DNA from: a virus
IMG/VR virus record: IMGVR_UViG_3300050821_009856
Location: 22,248-86,247 of that record
Reading direction: 5' to 3' (one strand)
Length of the DNA: 64,000 nucleotides
Shown: piece after piece, positions 55,215 through 63,205 of the stretch
Layout: each line of letters starts with the position of its first letter
Numbering within the stretch: the first letter of the stretch is position 1
The notes under the pieces: model-generated
The model's input: the letters and a program-made list of their open reading frames with translations, nothing else
What the model was told of the DNA's origin: nothing
The model's database searches: none
Made by a program: the position numbers and the translations under genes

Positions 55215-55243
55215 TTGAAGATTAAGTCCGGTCCTGCTATGGT
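55215..55243 (+). promoter_or_regulatory. sigma70-type promoter for the RNA ligase operon
   Basis: TTGAAG-17 nt-TATGGT with TG extension; predicted +1 at about 55250. Confidence 0.65.
55218..55224 (-). promoter_or_regulatory. YAATCTT putative late promoter heading the tail operon
   Basis: in the divergent intergenic region; overlaps the -35 of the rightward promoter. Confidence 0.6.
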
Positions 55244-55249
55244 ACTTAA

Positions 55250-55308
55250 GCCTGGGTGGCGGTAGGGTCGCGGACCTTACGCTGCTGGTTTGAGTCCAGC
55301 CCCGGGCA
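55250..55308 (+). ncRNA. D-arm-less tRNA-like RNA element
   Basis: 7-bp acceptor GCCTGGG/CCCGGGC + A; T arm GCTGG-TTTGAGT-CCAGC; central hairpin GTAGGG-TCGCGGA-CCTTAC. Confidence 0.65.
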
Positions 55309-55320
55309 TGGAGGTAGTAC

Positions 55321-56550
55321 ATGCCGTCACTGCACGTTCAAGACTTCTTGCGGTTCCACCAGAAGACCAACCCGCTCGTGGATCCGGTAGAGGCTCTCGG
55401 CAAGCTCTACGCTATCAAGGCCAAGGCGCACGGGAAGTACCCGAATCTGGTACAGCTGAAGTACGACCAGATCGACAGCCCAATGGGCAACCCCATCGTC
55501 CAAGAGTGTCGAGGCCTAATCCTCGACCGGGACAAGAATTGGGCAATCATCGCCCACCCCTTCCATAAGTTCTTCAACAGCGAGGAGGGGCACGCCGCGA
55601 AAATCGACTGGTCAACCGCCAGGGTCCAAGAGAAGGTCGACGGCTCCCTCATCATCATGTACCACCATGACGGTAAGTGGCACGTGGCGACCAGCGGGAC
55701 CCCGGATGCGTCAGGCGCCATCAACGGCCTGCCGATGACCTTCGAAAAGCTGTTCTGGGAGACGGTCTTCATGGAGGGTAGTAAGTCCCACTACTGGGCA
55801 CACGAAGACCCAAATTCTATCTCCCCCGACATCACCTTCATGTGGGAGCTGACTTCCCCATACAACCGGATCGTCGTCCAGCACCCCAAACCCAAGCTCA
55901 CACTCATCGGCATGCGGAATCGAGTAACTGGTGAAGAATACGATGTAGCTACCAGCGCACCTCCAGGCGCTCCCATCGTCAAGCACTTCGACCTGACCAG
56001 CCTGGAGGCAATCGGCAATAGCTTCTCCACCATCTCGGCCCTGAACCAGGAGGGCTACGTGGTGGTCGACGCGAGCTTCAACCGTGTGAAGATCAAACAT
56101 CCTCAGTACGTCGCCCTGCACCACCTGAAGGGCGAGGGCTCAACGCCGAGCACCAAGGGCGCCCTGGCAGTAGTCCGGCAGGGTGAGATGGAAGAGTTGC
56201 TCAGCTACTGGCCGGAATGGGCTCCGATCTTCACCGAGGTCCGTGAGCGCTATGAGAATCTGGTGACCGAGCTGGAGACGGCCTATCAGGACGTCGTCAA
56301 GAAGGTGCCGCCTGTACCGCCCGGGGTCGTTCAGACTGACAAGCGAGCCCAGGGGTTGTTCCGGAAGGAATTCGCCACGCTGGCGACCAAGACCCGGGTG
56401 CCCGCGGTCATGTTCTCCCTGCTTGACGGCAAGGCCAAGTCCGTGCGAGAGTTCCTGGTGGGCATGCAGATCGACCACCTGGCTTCCGTGCTGAAGCTCG
56501 ACGAAATCAAGATCGACCCACAGGTCATTTTCGGGAAGGTGACGCCATGA
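55321..56550 (+). CDS. ATP-dependent RNA ligase (T4 Rnl1-like)
   Basis: ECRGLI, KFFN, motif I EKVDGS, WEL, EGYVV, RVKIK; GGAGG ribosome-binding site. Confidence 0.92.
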   Translation: MPSLHVQDFLRFHQKTNPLVDPVEALGKLYAIKAKAHGKYPNLVQLKYDQIDSPMGNPIVQECRGLILDRDKNWAIIAHPFHKFFNSEEGHAAKIDWSTARVQEKVDGSLIIMYHHDGKWHVATSGTPDASGAINGLPMTFEKLFWETVFMEGSKSHYWAHEDPNSISPDITFMWELTSPYNRIVVQHPKPKLTLIGMRNRVTGEEYDVATSAPPGAPIVKHFDLTSLEAIGNSFSTISALNQEGYVVVDASFNRVKIKHPQYVALHHLKGEGSTPSTKGALAVVRQGEMEELLSYWPEWAPIFTEVRERYENLVTELETAYQDVVKKVPPVPPGVVQTDKRAQGLFRKEFATLATKTRVPAVMFSLLDGKAKSVREFLVGMQIDHLASVLKLDEIKIDPQVIFGKVTP

Positions 56551-57059
56551 GACTGCTGGTTGCGCTGCTCCTCCTCAGCGCCTGCCGGCCGGTCGTTCCG
56601 GACAACGAGGTGCCCATCCATGTACGACTCGGCGGTGCCGAGTGCATGGACCGCATGTGCCACGTCCGAGCGGACAATTTGACGTCCGAGGAGTGCCTCG
56701 AATTCCAGCAGTTCGTCCCGGCGTACGTTGCCGCCCTGGCTGCCCGAACAGATCTGCCGACAGAACGGATCTGCGGGATGTTGGCGGGCCACGACTTGAT
56801 TGTGGTCGATGCCGACGATCACGGCGCCTTCAAGCTTCAGAACAAGTGGGTCAACGGGGCCACCGATTGCGGAAGCCACCTGACCTTCCTCGGCTTGCCG
56901 CCTGGAGCCCCGTACAGTGCCGCCGCCCATGAGCTGACCCATGTCGTCGACTGTCGGTTGCGACATGTGACGACCTCTACTCAGCACGTGGGCTGGACAA
57001 CCAACGGATACTGTGCTGCAATCCACGACGTCAGTACCTTACCTGACGACTGCAAATAG
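56547..57059 (+). CDS. lipoprotein with HExxH motif
   Basis: lipobox LSAC; AAHELTH..HVGW. Confidence 0.75.
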   Translation: MRLLVALLLLSACRPVVPDNEVPIHVRLGGAECMDRMCHVRADNLTSEECLEFQQFVPAYVAALAARTDLPTERICGMLAGHDLIVVDADDHGAFKLQNKWVNGATDCGSHLTFLGLPPGAPYSAAAHELTHVVDCRLRHVTTSTQHVGWTTNGYCAAIHDVSTLPDDCK

Positions 57060-57067
57060 GAGACCGC

Positions 57068-57547
57068 GTGCCCGCTAAGAAGCCCTGCATTAAGTGCAAC
57101 ACCCCGAACTGGCCGATGCACATGAAGGCCGGCGTCTGCAGGGATTGCCAGAAGGCTGACGGCAAAACCCTCGCTCAGGCTCTGTACGCCATTCAGGTGC
57201 GGACGGAGATGCTCTGTCAGCAGGAACGCAACGAGTACGGCGGCAAGGTTCTCTCCGAGAAAACTATCGAACGCATCCAGACCATCCCGGCCTGCAAGTC
57301 TGTCGAGGAGGCAGAGAAGCTCTCGCAAGAGGCGGTGCGCTGGAGCCAGGTCCACTTCCTGTCCGAGTGGGCCAAGGGGCGGATCCGCGGCAAGGTGACA
57401 GCTGAACGTCTGGAGAAGGAGGCCAAGGAGGCCGACAACCTCGCCACCTTCCTGGCCAAGAAGGGGCTGGCCGATCAGGCTCAACAGCAACGCGAGCGAG
57501 CCGCTACACTCCGCAGTGAACTGCAGTCCATGAGAAAGAAGGCCTGA
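57068..57547 (+). CDS. hypothetical protein with N-terminal Zn finger and coiled coil
   Basis: CIKC..CRDC; AGGAG before GTG. Confidence 0.7.
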   Translation: MPAKKPCIKCNTPNWPMHMKAGVCRDCQKADGKTLAQALYAIQVRTEMLCQQERNEYGGKVLSEKTIERIQTIPACKSVEEAEKLSQEAVRWSQVHFLSEWAKGRIRGKVTAERLEKEAKEADNLATFLAKKGLADQAQQQRERAATLRSELQSMRKKA

Positions 57548-57548
57548 G

Positions 57549-57758
57549 ATGGCGACCTGGAAGATTTCCACGAACAAGGACGGCTACATCGTCAACCACA
57601 AGAACAGCAGCGGCCACATCGAGTTCCTTGGTTCCAGGCCGCCGGAGACACCCCTTCAGGACCTGCTCGAATGGGTGGCTTCTGAAATGGACCAAGAGGA
57701 CCTGGTAACTGTCAATGGCCAGCCGGTCCTGCAGAAGTTCAGCGCCGTCGTCGAGTAG
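57549..57758 (+). CDS. hypothetical protein
   Basis: operon packing. Confidence 0.6.
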   Translation: MATWKISTNKDGYIVNHKNSSGHIEFLGSRPPETPLQDLLEWVASEMDQEDLVTVNGQPVLQKFSAVVE

Positions 57759-57761
57759 GCG

Positions 57762-58064
57762 GTGAAGCTCGACGACCACCTCATGTACGGCCTCGTTGCC
57801 CTGAATGGCGCCGATGCCGGACTGACAGCCGCGGGTGCGGCTCTGGTGAACTCCGGCATCGAAGGCAATCCGGCAATGCGCTTGGGGCTGACTCTGAACC
57901 CCGTTCTGTTCTTGGCGTTGAAGCTCGGGGTACTAGCCTTTGCGGCCTCCTATCACCACAGGAATCCGGACCGCCGCCGAGCCTACGTCCTAGCGGGCCT
58001 GGTGGCGGTCTACAGCGTCGTAGTGGTCAGGAATCTGCTGATCTTCATGGGGATCTGGAGGTGA
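57762..58064 (+). CDS. small membrane protein (DUF5658-like)
   Basis: N..D..LT..G.E.NP.M..K pattern with 3 hydrophobic helices. Confidence 0.65.
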   Translation: MKLDDHLMYGLVALNGADAGLTAAGAALVNSGIEGNPAMRLGLTLNPVLFLALKLGVLAFAASYHHRNPDRRRAYVLAGLVAVYSVVVVRNLLIFMGIWR

Positions 58065-58549
58065 TAGAGATCTGGGCAGACGGCAGTAGCAGCGGCAAGT
58101 CCAACCTCCCTGGTGGCTGGGCTTTCGTCATCATGCAAGACGACAGGGTCTTGTCCGCCAATTACGGCGGCGAACCATCGACAACCAACAACGCCATGGA
58201 ACTCGAAGGCGCCCGCCAAGGCCTTCTGGCCTGGTCACGAATGGTAGATCGGTACCCCGACGAGAAGCAGGTCACCCTTATTTCGGACAGCCAGACCACG
58301 TTGGGACTTGCTACCGGGCAGTACACGCCCTCGAAGAACGTAGAGCGGGCCACGGAGCTGCGGTGGCTGTACCACCGATACTGCACAGGCATCCGCTGGG
58401 TCCGCGGCCACGTTGGCATCCTGGCGAACGAAAGGTGTGACCGCCTGGCCAAGAAGGGACGCAAGGAACAGCAAGCGCTATTATCGAAACGTGACGACAC
58501 CAACGGAAGAGACCCAAGTGACGGTCCAGAAAATCAGACTGCACCCTGA
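58061..58549 (+). CDS. rnhA: ribonuclease HI
   Basis: WADGS..PGGWA, TTNNAMELE, SDS, WVRGH, NERCDRLA. Confidence 0.92.
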   Translation: MIEIWADGSSSGKSNLPGGWAFVIMQDDRVLSANYGGEPSTTNNAMELEGARQGLLAWSRMVDRYPDEKQVTLISDSQTTLGLATGQYTPSKNVERATELRWLYHRYCTGIRWVRGHVGILANERCDRLAKKGRKEQQALLSKRDDTNGRDPSDGPENQTAP

Positions 58550-58967
58550 CCCGGCGACTATCGGTTCGCCGCAGGAGCGGGCCATCATGGAGGTCCTTCT
58601 GGAACTCTGTGACGAGAACCTTGACGTCGAAACGACGGCAGATGAGGTGCGAGAGCTGACGGGTGTCTACTGGGAGGCTTTCAAAGCTCAGCCTTTCCTC
58701 GGACTCCGGGAGCTACTTGAAGCCGACACCGGTATGGCGGCATTCTTCGACATGTTCAAGGAGCAGGTTCTGCCGATCAGGCGTGTTGACGAGCGCCACC
58801 AGAAGACCCTCTCGGTGTATAGGCAGTTCATCGAGGTGGCCAAGACGTACCCCCAGACTCCTCACGTCCAGGCGCTCCTGAATCGAGCCCACAACGTCAT
58901 CCTCTTCAACCTCAACTACAAGCTAATGGTGCAGCGTCCGAAGGCAGCCAAGACATGGATCCAGTGA
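58491..58967 (+). CDS. hypothetical protein (start uncertain)
   Basis: phage-like codon use; fills the gap. Confidence 0.55.
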   Translation: MTTPTEETQVTVQKIRLHPDPATIGSPQERAIMEVLLELCDENLDVETTADEVRELTGVYWEAFKAQPFLGLRELLEADTGMAAFFDMFKEQVLPIRRVDERHQKTLSVYRQFIEVAKTYPQTPHVQALLNRAHNVILFNLNYKLMVQRPKAAKTWIQ

Positions 58968-59239
58968 AGTGCAAACTCGTTCGTCTCTGGACCAAAGGGA
59001 AGCTCCATGACCGAGACGTGTACCGGGGCACGTTGCTCCCGCCAATGGCCCTATCGGTGGGGATTTCTCAACTACCCACCGTGAACCAGTGCTTCTACAT
59101 GGCTCGATCTGGAGACGATGTCCTTCGCACTTCGACAGTCACTGACGTCCAGGTGCGTTCGGAAGAAAGCGGAATGGTTTACGTGTTTAGGACGCAGAAC
59201 AGTAAGTACAAGCTGGAGGTGGGTAATGGGTTGCGCTAG
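58955..59239 (+). CDS. hypothetical protein
   Basis: RTS.V...F.TQNSKYKLE pattern; operon packing. Confidence 0.6.
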   Translation: MDPVKCKLVRLWTKGKLHDRDVYRGTLLPPMALSVGISQLPTVNQCFYMARSGDDVLRTSTVTDVQVRSEESGMVYVFRTQNSKYKLEVGNGLR

Positions 59240-59438
59240 TCCGGTGTTCATCACCAGAGAAGACGCCATCGGGCTCCTGATTGACAAGGGCCTGGCTTTC
59301 AATAATGACAAGCTGGAGCAGCTTCTGGAGAATGCCTTCGGTGACGAGCTGACGACCATGCGCGTCGTGAGTAGCTACAGCGATGAGGATCGTGATTACA
59401 ACTACCCGAACCGAAAATGGAGGTTCCACGATGAATGA
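59226..59438 (+). CDS. hypothetical protein
   Basis: GGAGG before ATG 59226. Confidence 0.55.
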   Translation: MGCASPVFITREDAIGLLIDKGLAFNNDKLEQLLENAFGDELTTMRVVSSYSDEDRDYNYPNRKWRFHDE

Positions 59439-60216
59439 GGACTCGTTGGGCGACCGCATGAAGAGCTACGAGGACGTCTTCCGACAGGTCCTCCCGAACC
59501 AGCTTCCCGTCATTCTTCGGGTTGATGGTCGGGCCTTCCACAGCTACACCCGCGGTTGCGAGAAGCCGTTCGACCGGAGCTTGATGGAAGCCATGGATCA
59601 GGTGGCCCTTGATCTTTGCTCAGAGATCAACAACGCTGTCATGGCGTACGTGCAGTCCGACGAGATCAGTGTTCTGGTCGTCCAGAAGTCCAAGGACAGC
59701 CAGCCCTGGTTCGGCGGCAACCTGCAAAAGATGTGCAGCGTGGCCGCCTCCAAGGCTGCGGTCCGGATGACCATGGAGTCGCCGAACGTCTTTCCTGTGA
59801 GTGAGGCCGATTTCAGCAGCGGGACCGCGGACGTTTTCCGTGAGGCCTGCTTCGATGCCCGGGCGTTCGTTCTGCCTCCGCATGAGGTTCAGAACTATTT
59901 CGTGTGGAGGCAGCAGGACTGGGTGAGGAATTCCATTTCCATGCTCACCAGGGCGCACTACAGCCACAAGGAAATGGACGGCAAGTCCCAGTCGGACATG
60001 CACGAGATGCTGTACCAGAAGAATGTCAATTGGGCAGACCTGAGCCCTGACTTGAAGAACGGGCGGGTGGTAGTGAAGCGTGAAGTCCCCATCCAAATTC
60101 CTGCGGGCCCGAAGAGAGGTGAGATCGTCACGCGCTCGAAATGGGGCGTTGAGTTTGCACCGATCTTCACAGCCAATCGGAACTTCATCGAGCAGCTGAT
60201 GTGGCGAGATGCCTAG
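59431..60216 (+). CDS. Thg1-like 3'-5' RNA polymerase / tRNA(His) guanylyltransferase
   Basis: RMKSYE, RVDGRAFH, QSDEIS, FDAR, YFVWRQQD..RNS. Confidence 0.95.
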   Translation: MNEDSLGDRMKSYEDVFRQVLPNQLPVILRVDGRAFHSYTRGCEKPFDRSLMEAMDQVALDLCSEINNAVMAYVQSDEISVLVVQKSKDSQPWFGGNLQKMCSVAASKAAVRMTMESPNVFPVSEADFSSGTADVFREACFDARAFVLPPHEVQNYFVWRQQDWVRNSISMLTRAHYSHKEMDGKSQSDMHEMLYQKNVNWADLSPDLKNGRVVVKREVPIQIPAGPKRGEIVTRSKWGVEFAPIFTANRNFIEQLMWRDA

Positions 60217-60316
60217 TACCTATGACGTCAAGAACGTCAGGCTCTTCTTCAACGGTCAAGAGATCAAGGGCTTTAAGGACATAAGCTATAGTTACCAAAA
60301 GGGAAAGAACCGATGA
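60209..60316 (+). CDS. 35-aa peptide MPSTYDVKNVRLFFNGQEIKGFKDISYSYQKGKNR (absent from ORF track)
   Basis: fills the Thg1-vWA gap exactly; ATGA overlap with the vWA start. Confidence 0.45.
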   Translation: MPSTYDVKNVRLFFNGQEIKGFKDISYSYQKGKNR

Positions 60317-61342
60317 ACACCAAGAAGCTTATCAACCGATTCGCCATCGTCCTGGATGCTAGCGGTAGCATGCTTGGCATCGCCCGGCCCACGGTGGACG
60401 CCTTCAACGCCACCTGTGCCGCCATTCGTGATGGCAGCAAGAGCGAGGGGCAGACCTCCACTGTGACATATCTGACGTTCAGCGAGCGCCACTCAGACGT
60501 CAACGTCAAGTTCCAGGACTCCAACGTGGATCTGCTGACTACTGTCGGCTACAGCGATTACTACCCGGCCGGCTCCGGGACGGCCCTCTGGGATGCTGTC
60601 GGCAAGACCATCGAAACGCTGGAGGCCTTGCCCTTTAGTGACAGCAAGGACGTTGCCAACGTCGTGTTCATCATCACCGATGGCGACGAGAATGCGAGCC
60701 GCCAGTACACAGCTGCCACCCTGAAGGAGCTGATCCATAGCGTTGAAGCGACGAACCACTGGACTCTGGCGTTCTTGCTCCCCCGTGGGGCCAGTGCTGC
60801 CTTTTGTCGGAAATTCGGGATCTCCGAGGGCAACGTCCGGGAGTGGGACCAGACGGTCCGCGGCGTTCAGGAGGCCCAGAAGTCGATGAGCCTTGGTGTA
60901 GCCTCGTTCCTCCGCGGGCGGACCAAGGGTGTCACGTCGACCCGCGGCTTCTTCGTGACGGACCTGAGTAAGGTCTCGGCCACTCAACTCAAGAAGACCC
61001 TCGACGACATCCGCGACAACGTCACGACCATGGCCGTGGACAAGAAAATGACCATCAAGGACTTCGTGGAGAAGAAGACCCGGGGGGACCTACGTCAAGG
61101 GCAATGGCTTCTATCAGCTGACCAAGGACGAGACGATTCAGCCCTACAAGCAGATTCTCCTGATGGAGAAGGGCAAGAGCGCAGTCTACGGTGGATCCGA
61201 CGCCCGGCAGATTCTGGGGCTGCCAGATAACTTGAGCGTCAAGGTGCGGCCGGGCAATCACGCAAACTTCGACATCTTCGTTCAGTCAACGTCCGTGAAC
61301 CGTAAGCTGGTCCGCGGCACCAAGCTCCTCTATCTGCGTTGA
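60313..61342 (+). CDS. vWA-domain protein interrupted by a +1 frameshift at a G6 run
   Basis: MIDAS DASGS, T(ALWDA), ITDG.EN.S; the +1 frame from 61088 gives TYVKGNGFYQLTK..VQSTSVNRKLVRGTKLLYLR to TGA 61342. Confidence 0.8.
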
Positions 61343-61367
61343 CACTGGCGCAGAAGGGCGCTACAGT
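61339..61367 (+). promoter_or_regulatory. sigma70-type promoter, probably giving a leaderless mRNA
   Basis: TTGACA-17 nt-TACAGT; ATG 61374 lies 7 nt after the -10; no Shine-Dalgarno. Confidence 0.75.
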
Positions 61368-61373
61368 ACCTAC

Positions 61374-61715
61374 ATGAAGCTCTGGCTCGACGATGAGCGT
61401 GAAGCGCCCGTGAGGTTCACGTGCTTCAGTACGACCTGTGACTGGACTGTCGCCAGGAATGCCCAAGACGCCATTACCTTCCTGAAGACTGGGCTAGTGA
61501 CGGAGATCAGTTTCGACCATGACCTTGGTCCTCGGGAGCACTACGGTGATGGTTACGACGTTGCCAAGTGGATCGAGGAGGCCGCCTTTGAGGGCCGCAT
61601 CCCGAGGATAATCTGGCGAGTCCACAGTGGGAATGCTGTTGGTCGTTCACAGATCTACATGGCCATGAAAAACGCCAATGACTTTTGGACCAGAAATGAG
61701 GCGGCACGTGACTGA
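61374..61715 (+). CDS. cyclic-phosphate-processing receiver-domain protein
   Basis: KLWLDDER, ISFDHDLG, GYDVAKWIEE, VHSGNAVG. Confidence 0.8.
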   Translation: MKLWLDDEREAPVRFTCFSTTCDWTVARNAQDAITFLKTGLVTEISFDHDLGPREHYGDGYDVAKWIEEAAFEGRIPRIIWRVHSGNAVGRSQIYMAMKNANDFWTRNEAARD

Positions 61716-62790
61716 CTTCGAATTCCCCAAGAGCAACCTGGACTGGCTCCAGAAGCGGACCATCTACCTGACCCGCCACGGATCGCACGCCTACGGGACG
61801 AACACACCGGCCTCCGACGTGGACATCCGCGGCGTGGCCGTTGCTCCTCGGGAGTACTACCTCGGGTACAGCAAGCGCTTCGAGCAAGCCGAGTTCAAGC
61901 AGCCGGTGGACATGGTCGTCTACGAACTGCAGAAGTTCTTCCGTTTAGCCGCGGACTGCAACCCGAACTGCCTGGAGGTCATCTACACGCACCAGCGGGA
62001 CCACCTGCTGAACACCGTGTACGGGAACATGCTGCTGGAGAAACGTGACCTGTTCCTCAGCAAGAAGGCTCGCCACACCTTCAGTGGCTATGCCATGTCC
62101 CAGCTAAAGCGTTTGCGCGCCCACAGCCGGTGGTTGCGTGATCCACCGAAGGGCGAACCAAACCGCAAGGACTTTGACTTGCCGCCGGCCACGTTGATCC
62201 CCAAGAGCCAGCTGGAGGCTGTTCTGGCTGACGTCAGGAAGGTCACTGAGGCCTGGGACATTGCCATTCCAGGGGCCGACGAGGCATCGATCATCGACCT
62301 GAAGAAGAAGTACGCTGTGGCTCTGGCTGAGCAAAAAATCACGGCCGACAACCAGTGGGAGGCGGCCTCTCGCAAGCTCGGGGTGGACGAGAACTTCATC
62401 TACCTGATGGGCCAGGAACGGAAGTTTCAGACGGCCGTCGTGGAGTGGCGGAAGTTCCAGACCTGGAAGGCAGAGCGCAATGAGGCCCGGGCTGCCCTGG
62501 AGGCCAAGCACGGGTACGACACCAAGCACGGCATGCACCTGGTGCGGCTGCTCCGGATGGGGCGCGAGGTCCTGGCCGGCGAGGGCGTAAAGGTCTTCCG
62601 GCCGGATCGAGAGGAGCTGCTGGAGATTCGGAATGGGGCCTGGAGCTTCGACTACCTTATGGAGTGGGCCGAGAAGGCTGACAAGGACTTGGATGCAGCC
62701 TACGCCGCCTCCAGGCTGCCGCGTACGCCTGACCAGGAGAAGCTTGACCAGCTGTGCCAGCACGTCATTGAGCTGGCGGTGGGGCTATAA
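61708..62790 (+). CDS. Pol-beta-family nucleotidyltransferase (RlaP/YcgL-like)
   Basis: GSHAYG..SDVDIRG, NPN..E, FSGYAMSQ, YDTKHGMHLVRLL, L.IRNG. Confidence 0.88.
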   Translation: MTDFEFPKSNLDWLQKRTIYLTRHGSHAYGTNTPASDVDIRGVAVAPREYYLGYSKRFEQAEFKQPVDMVVYELQKFFRLAADCNPNCLEVIYTHQRDHLLNTVYGNMLLEKRDLFLSKKARHTFSGYAMSQLKRLRAHSRWLRDPPKGEPNRKDFDLPPATLIPKSQLEAVLADVRKVTEAWDIAIPGADEASIIDLKKKYAVALAEQKITADNQWEAASRKLGVDENFIYLMGQERKFQTAVVEWRKFQTWKAERNEARAALEAKHGYDTKHGMHLVRLLRMGREVLAGEGVKVFRPDREELLEIRNGAWSFDYLMEWAEKADKDLDAAYAASRLPRTPDQEKLDQLCQHVIELAVGL

Positions 62791-62810
62791 TCGAGCCAGG
62801 AGGTAGCTCG

Positions 62811-63053
62811 ATGCTCCAAGAAGCTGCAGGCATTGCAATCGCCCTTGTTGTCTTCGTTTTGGCGGTGATGGCCGTCAAGTCGGCTCAGTACTTGTCTGGT
62901 ACTGGCGGGGGGCTGATCCCCAGCGTCGAACTGATGGTCGTCCTCCGGAATGGCAAGCTGAAGCCCATCGATGGCAGGGTCCTCCGAGACAGCCGCGGCG
63001 GCTACTACGACATGGAGACCCGCAAGCAGGTTTACCCACAGGAGCTTCGATGA
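62811..63053 (+). CDS. small membrane-anchored protein
   Basis: AGGAGG ribosome-binding site; N-terminal TM helix. Confidence 0.6.
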   Translation: MLQEAAGIAIALVVFVLAVMAVKSAQYLSGTGGGLIPSVELMVVLRNGKLKPIDGRVLRDSRGGYYDMETRKQVYPQELR

Positions 63054-63205
63054 AATTCAACGGCACAGAGAAGAATCTTTTGGAGAAAATCCGGAAGGAC
63101 AAAAACTCCCAATGGGAGGGACTAGACAACACGATCGTCCTGCGGCGTGACGATGGCTCCTTGATTCTGGCCACGATGAAGGTACTCAAGGAGTTCAAGC
63201 GATGA
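63050..63205 (+). CDS. small hypothetical protein (51 aa)
   Basis: AGGAG; ATGA overlaps at both ends. Confidence 0.55.
   Translation: MKFNGTEKNLLEKIRKDKNSQWEGLDNTIVLRRDDGSLILATMKVLKEFKR

Noticed and set aside
55250-55308. Canonical tRNA-Arg(GCG) or tmRNA
   Set aside because: No D arm, C rather than U before the anticodon, TTT instead of TTC in the T loop, no G3:U70 and no tag ORF; reported as tRNA-like instead.
5923-57566. AAGATT copies inside + strand genes
   Set aside because: Explained mostly by Lys-Ile (AAG ATT) or similar codon pairs; not upstream of minus-strand starts, so not counted as promoters.
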